A stretch of DNA of 64,000 nucleotides, from positions 5,418,681 to 5,482,680 of the forward strand of contig NC_068992.1 in assembly GCF_001194135.2 (NCBI RefSeq), read 5' to 3'. A program made the translations under genes and the position numbers. This DNA comes from Octopus bimaculoides. Taxonomy: Eukaryota. Positions 14,329 through 25,494 of this stretch are shown in pieces (position 1 is the stretch's first letter; the number at the start of each line of letters is the position of its first letter). The notes beneath the pieces are model-generated. The model was not told the DNA's origin. It saw nothing but the letters and a program-made list of their open reading frames with translations, and made no database searches.

Positions 14329-16766
14329 NNNNNNNNNNNNNNNNNNNNNNNNNNNNNNNNNNNNNNNNNNNNNNNNNNNNNNNNNNNNNNNNNNNNNNNN
14401 NNNNNNNNNNNNNNNNNNNNNNNNNNNNNNNNNNNNNNNNNNNNNNNNNNNNNNNNNNNNNNNNNNNNNNNNNNNNNNNNNNNNNNNNNNNNNNNNNNNN
14501 NNNNNNNNNNNNNNNNNNNNNNNNNNNNNNNNNNNNNNNNNNNNNNNNNNNNNNNNNNNNNNNNNNNNNNNNNNNNNNNNNNNNNNNNNNNNNNNNNNNN
14601 NNNNNNNNNNNNNNNNNNNNNNNNNNNNNNNNNNNNNNNNNNNNNNNNNNNNNNNNNNNNNNNNNNNNNNNNNNNNNNNNNNNNNNNNNNNNNNNNNNNN
14701 NNNNNNNNNNNNNNNNNNNNNNNNNNNNNNNNNNNNNNNNNNNNNNNNNNNNNNNNNNNNNNNNNNNNNNNNNNNNNATATATATGTGATTAATAATATC
14801 AGGGTAAGAAAAATGTTTGAATTTTTTACTAGCATTGGGCTAGCGCGTCGAAAAATTAGTCAATAGACTATATGTCATTCATATAAATACAGTGTACATT
14901 TAAACACATAAGAGGTATCAAACATAGGATATCTGGCACGATAGAAGGAATAGCCAAAGATCCAAACCACTATTTGGGATAAATTTCGAAGGGAATGAAA
15001 AAGAAAAACATTTACCATCTATTTCCTTGACCATGGTTTCTGACTTTAATTTAGACTTCGCCTAGCTCTGACAAAGGTCAGGGCAAGACGATAGGATAGG
15101 AGAGGGCATATACATACTCACACGTTTGTATCTCAATATACATATATATTATCTAAAGAATAGTAAACTGAATCCCTTGAGGTTAAAAAAGTCTATGAAA
15201 CTAAGGATGAATTGAATTATGTAACTAATTATCCAAGTTTTGGGAGTGAAAATGTCTTTGTCTTTCCTTAAACGTCTAGAATCTAAATTTTCTGATGTAA
15301 TACTTGCGAATTTGTTTTCTATATCAAATACCTTGTAAACGGAGTGCTAAAAACTTTTTCATTGATTCATTTTTCTGGTTTTAATCTTTATACTTATCGG
15401 TTCAAATTTTAGTCGTTAATTTTTCAAAATTATTTAAACACTACTTTATCAAATGAAAGGTAAAATGGGGCGGACTAAACAGCAATCAGCTTGGGCAAGA
15501 CGAAGAAGCTTCGGTTTGTGGTTCATGATTTTTTCTATGTAGCTGCATTATGATAGAAAACTCCACATACACTTTTGAGTAATGAATAATACAAAAATAT
15601 TGTCGCTTATATTTTGCCAGACAAAAGCCTCCAAAACTTTTCAAACAAGACTGTGAATGAATTAGTATTTTGATAGGGCTTATTTTCGTTTTATTTGTAC
15701 TCAAGTTACAAGCAGGAAGATGTTTTAGATAGCCTGAACAAATTAGCGATTCTGGCGAAATCGAACAATCAGGAACGCTAAATCTTAAAATTCACGACTA
15801 AAACCTAAAACCAACCGGAACCGGTAAACTTTAACTTTTATCTTAAGCATTTACTGTGAATTTAAATGCTAAGTATTCCCTTTTACCCAGTGTTTTGTTT
15901 TGTTATGCCATGAAGTTTTGGTTATTATTGTTAAAAAAAAAAAAACAACTCTTTTTTTTCCAGCATGTGAATTATCGCGAAGCCATCTATATATGTAAGA
16001 AGTCAAATGTTGATCTCTGAAACAACGATACGCTCTGAGACCTAACGACCCCATAATTCACCGAGAAGTACTTGGCGAAATGTTCTGACCCCAGTTTGTC
16101 AAATAAGTATTATTTCAGTCATGGTGTTCGTCAATGCGCCTCACTCTAACACGATATTCTTCGGTCTTCTACTTAACACAAAAATCAATATTATTACAAA
16201 TGATAATCTACAACTCTTGCAGCGATAACTCTACTGACTTACAGAAGTCAAACATGTTAAACATTTATAAACATTCACACACATAATTTTATGTATGTAT
16301 ACGTGTGGATAAGTGCGTGTTGCAATTACTTACGAAAAATAGCAAATTTATTGGACTATAATAAATTCATAATATACATTTATAGGAAATTCCTAATTTA
16401 TTCGTTCATAATAAATTCATGATCTATTTCGAAAAGATTAGGGATGAAAAATTAATTAGAGGATTAAATATCACAGAATCATGATAAATTGATAAAATTA
16501 ATTGCTAATAATGAAATCAATCATACTTATTCATTGCTAACCTGTTGAAAAGATGAATCTATTTCATCTCTTAGAATGTTGATTATTGTAATCGATTTTT
16601 TGTGTATGAATTATATTTGACATCTCAAACTGATATTTACATGAAAGTTTCATGTCAATATTTAAATTCATGTGTATGTATGTTTGTGTGATTGAGCGAA
16701 TGTATGGATGTGTTTGTAGATATGGGTGGATATGCAATTATACATACAAATACACATATGGCATGC

Positions 16767-16813
<47 letters not shown>

Positions 16814-16867
16814 CAATTATGCATGTATATTTATTTGTATGTAGACATACACACACATTCATATTTA

Positions 16868-16936
16868 CAGTAATCCCTCGACTATGTTCCAAACCCTGCC
16901 GCGATAGGTGAACCGCGATTTAACGAGGGATTACTA
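16868..16936. mobile_element. 69-bp Tc1/pogo(Tigger)-type MITE remnant
   Basis: Perfect 12-bp inverted repeat AGTAATCCCTCG / CGAGGGATTACT. The left end reads TA|CAGTAATCCCTCG, typical of pogo/Tigger TIRs. The right TA is not clean. Confidence 0.65.
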
Positions 16937-18142
16937 TCTATATATACACACATGCATGCCTACATAGGTTTGTGCATACACACATATATACACACATGCA
17001 TGCGTATATAGGCACATACATGCATATATAAAATGAAGCCAATTCTAATTATACAAGCATGAATTACCTTGCATTAAATTAGAGAAATATGAACCCGAGA
17101 TAGACCTTTCAAAATTTTAATCTGCATTCAGTGCCTATTCTCCAGTTTAATCATGCAGATGCTTCTCCACGGTATCCAGTCCCAGAATTGTATTAAATTT
17201 AAATCCTTATAGGGAGCATGCTGCTCAATTAAATGCTCCTAAGGATTCTAAGCATGTTAACTTGCAACCGCTACGCTTAGTGGAGACAAATAAGATTAAC
17301 TGATAGGTTGATGATGTTCACTAACGATGCCGTTGCCCATAGATGGTGTTTTCTCTATAAAATGTCGCCGATATTCTCATGAAGGGATTATATTTCAATA
17401 AATATCAACGGTCTTCATAAAAAAAGAGTCACCAATACAATTAGATACAAACAGCATAATACATAAACACAAACACACACACAATACACATATACACACA
17501 CTTCAGATGAAATGGAGAAAATTAGAGATTAATAAGTAAATAAATACATAAATAAGTAGTAAATAAAAGATACAGATACAAGCAGTATAGTAAGCTAAGC
17601 AAATACATATATAGAAGCAAAAAGCACACATAAACAAGACATAAAGACGTACAGATACACAAAGGCGCATACAGACGGATACAGGCACAAACCCATGCGC
17701 AGATAATGATATACACCATAGAGAGAGAGAGAGAAAACGGACTAAGCAGAACAGGAGGAAACACGTGGGACAGAAATTCTGCTCAAGAGTTCACAGGTGA
17801 GTGAGGAATGATTTTAGTCGACATAGAATAAGAGCAATAAAAATATACAAGTAAAGAACGAATAGAGAATGGGTGTGTTAATTTGGTAATCAAAACACGT
17901 GGAAGAAGGGAAGAACTGAAGTTGAAAATATGCAAAGAATATATTAGAATTAATCTGAATTCAGCGACAATTAAAAAGATAGGAATATATTTGACCATTA
18001 GATTTTACATTGGATTTTCAAAACCGTGTAGCGTATGGATTTGTTTCGCGAATTATGACTCATGTGGCTGTTGCTATAAAAATAGTTTCCTGTTAACGTA
18101 GGAATGCGGCTCAAGACTCCCTTCATTGTCGTACAAATTGAC

Positions 18143-18296
18143 TAGGCACTTGATGTAGGTCGCCGTGTTGAGTGTGAGACCATTTGAGAAGATTGATTGA
18201 TGTATAACGTCGCCATCACTAGTGATCATTTCAAACACCAAGATGACGACTGGATGCTTGATTTTTATCGCTCTCGGTACATGTCATAAGATTGCA
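18143..18296 (-). mobile_element. IS630-Tc1-mariner transposase fragment (pseudogenised)
   Basis: Translates as HVPRAIKIKHPVVILVFEMITSDGDVIHQSIFSNGLTLNTATYIKCL, matching the ITm segment between the first two catalytic Asp (K.P..VMV.G.I...G....F......N...Y...L). Confidence 0.7.
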
Positions 18297-18810
18297 CTGT
18301 CCTCAGATTGAGACCCAAACACTGAAATATTCCGGTGCAAATGCCAAGCGGTACAGCATGTCATTTCCAAATTGCAGGCAGTGAAGTGCGTCGTGGTGCT
18401 GTATTTCTCACGAACGGTGCCCAACTGATCCTACTACAATATGAAATCGAGAAAATCAAAAAGAAATACTGCCCATTTGCTGAATGTAAAATATAAAATG
18501 GCGACAATTTATCCATCGTACCCAGTATATGGTTCTCTACACCTTATGTAAAATCTGCCCGCCTCGTGCACTCATACCTTACATCCCTCATGGCATATGA
18601 TGTGGCTTTTTAAACCAGACAAGAAACCCACATTGGTTGCATACCTTATTTGTACCACTAAGAGCTGCAGTTACGTTATGATCTTTTTTTTTTCCAATTA
18701 TTAATTTGTCTTCCTTTTCGCCTTATGTTATACAAGAATATTGATATTCGGAAGTTACTTTGTTAGATTTTAAAGGCTTATGTGAGTGTGCGTATGCAAA
18801 TAAGAGACAC

Positions 18811-18813
<3 letters not shown>

Positions 18814-18864
<51 letters not shown>

Positions 18865-18872
18865 TGTGTGTG
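18814..18872. repeat. (TG)n microsatellite
   Basis: Direct tandem units. Confidence 0.95.
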
Positions 18873-19400
18873 TTCATATACACACCTATCTCGTATTATG
18901 CATATATGTGTGTGTGTTGATGTTTGTGTATGAATTCGCAGGTGCGTTTGTGTATTTATACTTACAGAATTACACCACATCTGTCTCCTCTACTCTCCAG
19001 ACTAAAACATTTAGAAGTTTTCGAATAATATATAATACGCATTTCCTCGCTTTAACGTTTGTTCCTCTTCCTTCTGCCTTTTCGTTTCACTCAACTTTCT
19101 TTTATGTTGCCAATTTAGCGTACACAGCTTCAGTTATTAGTTTTCAGCTCATACGATATGCCTAGCATATACAATATGTTCTGAGTAGCAATCGGTTCGA
19201 GAGTTAATAACGGAATCAATAATTCTTTAAAAGTTATGAATTTTCGAGCATCGTCATTCGTGGTCGGACACCTTATAGCATTCAGTCCCGAGGGTTGTGT
19301 TAGTTTAATTCAGATGCATTGTGAAATGCATGTTAAGTGTATGAAATAAGCTATTGGGCCGATGGAAAGCGAAGACAGATTTATAGTCGGAATTTATAAT

Positions 19401-19405
<5 letters not shown>

Positions 19406-19493
<88 letters not shown>

Positions 19494-19504
19494 NNNNNNN
19501 NNNN

Positions 19505-19580
<76 letters not shown>

Positions 19581-19583
19581 ATG

Positions 19584-19614
<31 letters not shown>

Positions 19615-19615
19615 G
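19406..19615. repeat. Compound (TA)n(CA)n-gap-(TA)n(TG)n(TATG)n microsatellite
   Basis: Direct tandem units. Confidence 0.95.
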
Positions 19616-20240
19616 TATGTGTAAGTCTTTTCCCCTTTCAACGTCGAAGCACCTGTAAGAGTTTATTTCCACACATGTGTCTGTTCAATGTGTGCACGAG
19701 AGAAAATTTACAGATAGTTTAAGATAATGAATTATAGTTATATCGATTTATATCACATTCTCCATTCTCCTGATGTTTCGAAATGCAACGCCTAAGCAAT
19801 GCACAGAAAGAGACACTCGTACTGACGTATGTATAAACACAGATATTAAATAATTGAAATTCTATAAGCATTTAAACACGTATGCGTGTGCGCGCGTGTG
19901 TAGGTGAGACTGCGTGTGCATGTGTGTTAATGTGTGAGCATTTAATCTGAATGTATGGTAATTAGGTTATCTTTTCTAATTTATTCGTGAAGTTATGTAA
20001 TTCTAATGGCATCGAGCCAGAACTTCTTCTAAAAGAGAAATAATATTTTAAAGTTAAATAACATACCAAGGTTACGTATTGCTAAGGCCTAAATCATACA
20101 TCACAGCCTGCAAAAACTACAAAAATATAATCATGAAATCTGGCATCGATATAAATATAAGTATATATATTCCACAATTACGCCCTTTTGCTACACTTCG
20201 ATACAAATATATCAAATTATATAAGTGTCATTGTCAATGA

Positions 20241-20534
20241 CACCCTTATTGCAGCCCCTATTTGTTCCACGTTCTTCTCGAGATTTTTGCTCACTGATCA
20301 CGGGGCTCTGACAATTATTGGAACTTCTGCTCCATTTTTCATCGACCACAACTGCTAAACTTCCCAAGCAAACCTGTCAAATCTCTCCACTTTTCTCTCT
20401 TCCTTATCGCATATATTGTTTTTAGCTGGACATGCTATATCTATGATCGAGCATAGTTTGTTTTCTTTCTCAATTAAGATTATGTCCGGCTTCCTATTCT
20501 CTATCTCATAGTCGCACTGAATCATAAAATCCCA
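20241..20534 (-). mobile_element. Non-LTR retrotransposon fragment, restriction-like endonuclease (RLE) domain, R4/Dong-like
   Basis: WDFMIQCDYEIENRKPDIILIEKENKLCSIIDIACPAKNNICDKEERKVERFDRFAWEV*QLWSMKNGAEVPIIVRAP*SVSKNLEKNVEQIG fits the R(K/R)PD...D..CP...KE..K PD-(D/E)xK signature. Two in-frame stops. Confidence 0.85.
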
Positions 20535-20535
20535 T

Positions 20536-20684
20536 TTCAGGTCACTGCCTGGAATCGAACTTGGAATCTTGGAGTTTGTAGCCCGCGCTCTTAACCACTA
20601 CGCCCATGGGCATATGGCGTAGTGGTTAAGAGCGCGGGCTAATAGCCCCAAGATTCGGAGCTGGATTCCAGGCAGTGACCTGAA
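20536..20684. repeat. Head-to-head inverted pair of 69-bp tRNA-like SINE heads (type D)
   Basis: 20536-20604 is the reverse complement of 20616-20684 with about 8 mismatches and an 11-nt spacer. The arms contain A-box-like GGCGTAGTGG, and the left arm has B-box GTTCGATTCC. Confidence 0.9.
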
Positions 20685-20697
20685 TAATAATAATAAT

Positions 20698-20765
<68 letters not shown>

Positions 20766-20945
20766 CGAAAAATACCTTAGGAATGAGAACCCAAGTTCGA
20801 AATTTCCCTAACTCACTTGATGAAGGCTGGAGGATATATCAGCCGAAACGTTGTGTTAATAACGAACAAGATGAGGACAAATATCCGTCAAATGTAAATA
20901 ATGTAAATACTGTACATAAGTCTTCATCTCTTAAATATAGGACTG
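20616..20945 (+). mobile_element. Type D element: tRNA-like head + (AAT)n + 3' tail with a minimal hammerhead-like motif
   Basis: Head 20616-20684, (AAT)n about 20683-20762, tail 20763-20945. The tail is about 80% similar by eye to 48170-48355. Confidence 0.8.
20812..20857 (+). ncRNA. Degenerate minimal type I hammerhead motif (Penelope-type)
   Basis: CAC-UUGAUGA-A-GGCUG(gaggauauau)CAGCC-GAAA-CG-UU-GUGUU. C3 is mutated to U and helix I is weakened. Confidence 0.6.
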
Positions 20946-21507
20946 AAAAAGAAATATAATTCTATGGAGGAATCGTGTGATACAATTCTTTCAATGAATC
21001 AATCAATCATTCCTTAACCCAAATCGGGTGTTTCACATGTAAATCACGGCTGTACATTTGTTCTATTATAGCTGTAATTACACGCAATACATTAATTTAT
21101 TCAGATTGTAAGTACATGTGTATATGTTCATGTGACATTGAATATATTTATCTGATGCTTTTCTGAAGATGATTGATATTGCTCTCCGCTTACGTCACGC
21201 ACTTCATCATCTTACGAACTCGTTGTCATCGTTCTCATCATCCTCATCAATGAAACCATCATCCTCTCATTTACTGATGTCGCAGTCGTCAAAAGTATCA
21301 TCCTTCTAATGGTAATTATCATCATCTCTTGCAAATGAAAAAATAAGCACCTCACAAAATTACAGCATATTTATATGCCTGGTGCTGGAAATTAGGTTAC
21401 ATGTGTGTCACTGGGTCATGTACAAATATATGCATCAGTATACGTATGAATAATGTATGTATATATCTATATGCATGCGCGTGTGCGCGCATGTGTATGT
21501 ATATATA

Positions 21508-21571
<64 letters not shown>

Positions 21572-21749
21572 CATGAATGTGTGTGTGTGTGCGTGTGTGT
21601 GAGTGTGTGCCTGTGTGTGTGCGTACACGTGTGTGTACGATTATTGTCTCCGTAAATAAGAGAACGTACTTTTAGCGTTCTTGGGGACTCGTGGCCTCTC
21701 CGTTCGCAGGAGAAGGAAAACGTTTTATTCTTAATAATATCTAGATTAA

Positions 21750-22060
21750 CGACTGTTGCGGTATCCTAAACATTGCATGATAAAACCTTAGAGATAACAC
21801 TCCAGCGTCTTTTGATGCCACTCACTCCTCTCTCATGAAGTGACCATAAAATATTGGATAAAAACATTTATGTTGTTTACATTCATATTTAAATGGTGGC
21901 AATTGCTATGGATATCTCTCTGTCAGTGAGTGTCACGTCATTGTGTTTTAAGTTTTCTCTTCGTTTCGTTGAAATCCATGATATCGGCCTTGTACACTAA
22001 TTGGATTTCCAGGTACCTATTGTTCAGGGAGGAACTATCCAGGTATCTAAAATTATATGA
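21750..22060 (-). mobile_element. Possible very old RTE-like LINE remnant
   Basis: Scattered motifs NFRYLDS...EIQ..YKA..DF, IFYG and KTLECY resemble the RTE post-RT region (F.YLGS..EI..RI.KA...F; LLYG; K.LE.F). Frameshifted. Confidence 0.35.
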
Positions 22061-23149
22061 CCCATGGGGATTGTTCCGAATGTTCTTAATTTGAAATGAT
22101 CGATTTTAGGTACGCAAATATAACATTGACTCTAATTCTATTGAATATTTTCTGGAATTTATGTGAGAGAAGTGGTTTTTCAGAAATTCTCTAGTTACAT
22201 TTTACAGTAGGAATCTTGTAATTATATTCGTAGAATGTGGGTGATGTGTCGATAACATTTTTCTATCTCAGTCTTCTTCGTGTATCTAGATTTGGTTCAA
22301 CATAAGTAATATTACTCTTAACGTCTGAACTTACTTATGTGGCCCTGTAGTGTGAGGTAGCCTTTTTCAAAGTAGTTTTATCAACGGATAGGTTTGAACA
22401 CTACCTATTGCATACTACTGACTAATTATTTTATAATTGACGGTGGGTGGTTAGAGCCTAAATGACTATAAGAGGAATCCTCATTTGAGTTCTCATAGCA
22501 ATCAAATTTATATATCACAGTAATATATAGGAAATTAATTTCTTTAAGGATTGTGTTAATTGTTGCTCTTAGGTTCACTTGAACATAAGAAATACATTTG
22601 CATAATATGTTCCTAATCGTATCCATATCATCTCCATTTTTGTTATGTACCACTCTATGACCGCCGTACGTAAATAACTTTGTTATCTTTTTATCCGATA
22701 TTTAAAGGCTAAACAGATCCGTTTTATCTGCAATATCCCTGTTCCTCAAAACGACAGTAAATAACTCATTCCAAAATGCGAGCACGCAGTAATGAATCAT
22801 CAATCAAAATGTACTGACTTTTTTGCATACATTTTAATAGCTGTATTATTAGTAGCGACGCCTGAATATGCTTTACTACGCTCAGGTAGAATTTTAGAGA
22901 CTGAAGTACAAACACCATGACGCTGAGCCGGAAGTATTTGCACTTGAGTTTGTCATAAATTTTCTTGAATTATTGAATGGTTGCCCTGATATGTATATAA
23001 GGTAGGCTCTCCCATCGAAGACGACGTATAAGCATCCAGTTGTTGCAGAATGACCCGCACAACATTTTCTTTGATTAGAGTGATCAAATGTTCGTGCCGC
23101 ACGTCAGCTCACTCTCTCTCCAGCAAATCAGCATTGTCTAAAACCACGA

Positions 23150-23160
23150 TACACACACAC

Positions 23161-23244
<84 letters not shown>

Positions 23245-23246
23245 AC
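23150..23246. repeat. (CA)n microsatellite
   Basis: Direct tandem units. Confidence 0.95.
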
Positions 23247-23315
23247 ATACGCTTATATACATACACAAATGTAGATAGATAGATAGAGACAGAGGATGAT
23301 AAATAGGTAGATAGA

Positions 23316-23350
<35 letters not shown>

Positions 23351-24640
23351 TTGTATACGTGAACGTGCAAAAATATGCGTTGTTTTATCCATTCGTGCAT
23401 TCGGTGAAATGTCCTTCCAAATGATAAAATATACTAGTGACAGTGATTAATGCCAATACATTGAAGTCTCTGTCAATAGGAACCAAATGTAAAATAAATA
23501 CACTTCTTTCCCTTTCAAATACTGAATTCCATGACATCAAACCATCAATTCTAAAGTTATTGTTCCTAGGCTTAACCGTCTTCTAGGAGATAATTTTCTA
23601 AAATAAAAATATAGGATTAACTTAAACCTCAATGCGTGTATGGCCGTGTGGTAAAATATCACGCATAACGAAAACTTAAATTTTTCTCCAACACTACAGT
23701 TCTTTAACATGAGACTTTTTCCCTGATTTCTCGGGTCTACGAGACGGTTTTTCATTCCGCTTTCATGAATGGCAAGTGTGTGGTTGTAGTCTGATATTAC
23801 GATTGCGCATTTCGATATAAATTAATATCCTTTTAAACTCAATCTAGAATCATTGGGAAAGGCTTCCTGTTTGGTTAGATTACACGTTGCACATTCAGTT
23901 TCTGTCATTCATATATCCAATTATAATATAGCAAAATATCATTAATATTAGTTGTGGACGAAATTTCATAAAATATCTCTTCAGAATATACAGATTTTTA
24001 ACATCATGGCATGCACTGATGGGAAAATAAAAGTGACTTCATAACATTTGATAAGGTGGTATGCTTGATATGCATATATACGCCTATACATAAATACATA
24101 CATATATACACACACTCATGCGTGCGTGTGCACACACAGACACACACACACATCTATATGTGTATACGTGAATAAATATGTACGAGTATGTCTGTGTGTA
24201 TTTGTGTGTTTACATTCAAAGCGCTGAGAAATACCTTCAGCGTTTGTTATGTAAACTATCAAATTCTGCATGGAATACAAATTTAATGGAATGACCGTGA
24301 AAAGCAAAATAACCAAAAATGAATCTAATTTTTAGACAAAGAAGAATACGGAAAATAATCCTCTTTAATACATGTCCATAGTTGATGGCATTTGAAAGTC
24401 GTCTTGTCTTTATTTGTCAGGTTTCCTGAAAGCGCAGTGTTGATTGCGAAGACCGACGTTCAATAGAAATTTATACTGCCACAATCCAGTCTAGTTTCAG
24501 GAAAAAATGAATTTATATTATCCATCGAAGTGAGTGTTTACAGGAGAATGTATCCGTAAATATGAGAATGCGAGAGCAAAAACCACTTTCCGCTAAAACA
24601 GTATGTCATATTGATTTATCCTATATATTTATATATATGT

Positions 24641-24713
<73 letters not shown>

Positions 24714-24716
<3 letters not shown>

Positions 24717-25084
24717 GCAGGAGTGATTGTGTGGTAAAAAGCTTGCTTCCCAACCACATGGTTGATGGTTTAGTCCCACTGCGTGGCACCTTGGCTGGAT
24801 GTTAACCGCTATAGCCTTGGACCGACCAAAGTCTTCTAAATGGATTTCGTAGAAGGAAACTGAAAGAAGCCTGTCGTATACATATATATTTGCGTGTGTG
24901 TATGTGTGTGTGGAGGCGCAATAAACCAGCGATTTATGTATGTATGTATGTATGTATGTATAAGTTGTGTGTGTGTGCATAGGTTTACAAAGAATAAGTC
25001 GTGGAGTCGATTTCTTCGTCTAAAGGTAGTGCTCCAGCATGGGCGCATTCAAATGTCTGAAACAAATATGGGAATAAAAGAATA
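24714..25084 (+). mobile_element. Type A tRNA-derived SINE, near full length, inserted at a (TA)n tract
   Basis: Head CGCAGGAGTGATTGTGTGGTAA..., core TGGATTT..GGAAACTGAAAGAAGCC, internal microsatellite, tail GTCGATTT..CTAAAGG..GCTCCAGCATGG..TGAAACAA. Confidence 0.85.
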
Positions 25085-25139
25085 CATAATACATAAATTT
25101 ACATACATACATAAGTATATATATATATTAAATCTCTGA

Positions 25140-25417
25140 ACGAGGTATTAACAGTAACTGCACGATAAAGTGAAGTATATTTGCCACTTTAATGTGGCTG
25201 ACCCCGAGGGGTGGATGTTACTGTTGCTTTTAGCCCCAGGAGGACATCTCCTCCAGCTGGCTATCGACACACTTCTGTGTCCTGTCTGTATTTGCCAAGA
25301 GAAGTTATCCTTCCCATCTTGATCTACGATATGTACGTACTCGAGTTTCAGGGTTATTTCCCTTCTTCAGCGTACGACAATCGCCGACCTTCGATGCAAA
25401 AGGCATCCCTTGGCAAG
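25140..25417 (-). mobile_element. About 280-nt highly structured hammerhead-containing element (retrozyme / Penelope pLTR-like)
   Basis: GC-richer block bounded by TA repeats. Contains the HHR, an extended helix and several hairpins (GGAGGA/TCCTCC, GCCAC/GTGGC, CCCC/GGGG, AACAGTAAC/GTTACTGTT). Confidence 0.65.
25333..25375 (-). ncRNA. Type I hammerhead ribozyme, canonical core
   Basis: Minus RNA: GUACG-CUGAAGA-AGGG(aaauaa)CCCU-GAAA-C(UCGA)G-UA^CGUAC. Helix I 5 bp perfect, helix II 4 bp, short palindromic helix III, GUA cleavage triplet. Confidence 0.85.
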
Positions 25418-25457
25418 TATATATATATATATATATACGTACACACATACACATATA

Positions 25458-25491
<34 letters not shown>

Positions 25492-25494
<3 letters not shown>

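Noticed and set aside
20616-20684. tRNA-like heads (also 14196, 35633, 60879) as real tRNA genes
   Set aside because: A/B boxes are present, but there is no complete cloverleaf or acceptor stem and each continues into a repeat body, so they are SINE heads.
22860-23130. CpG-enriched patch with an ETS-like CCGGAAGT (22928-22935) and a CRE-like ACGTCA as a promoter
   Set aside because: Short motifs occur by chance, and no downstream exon or TSS evidence is visible.
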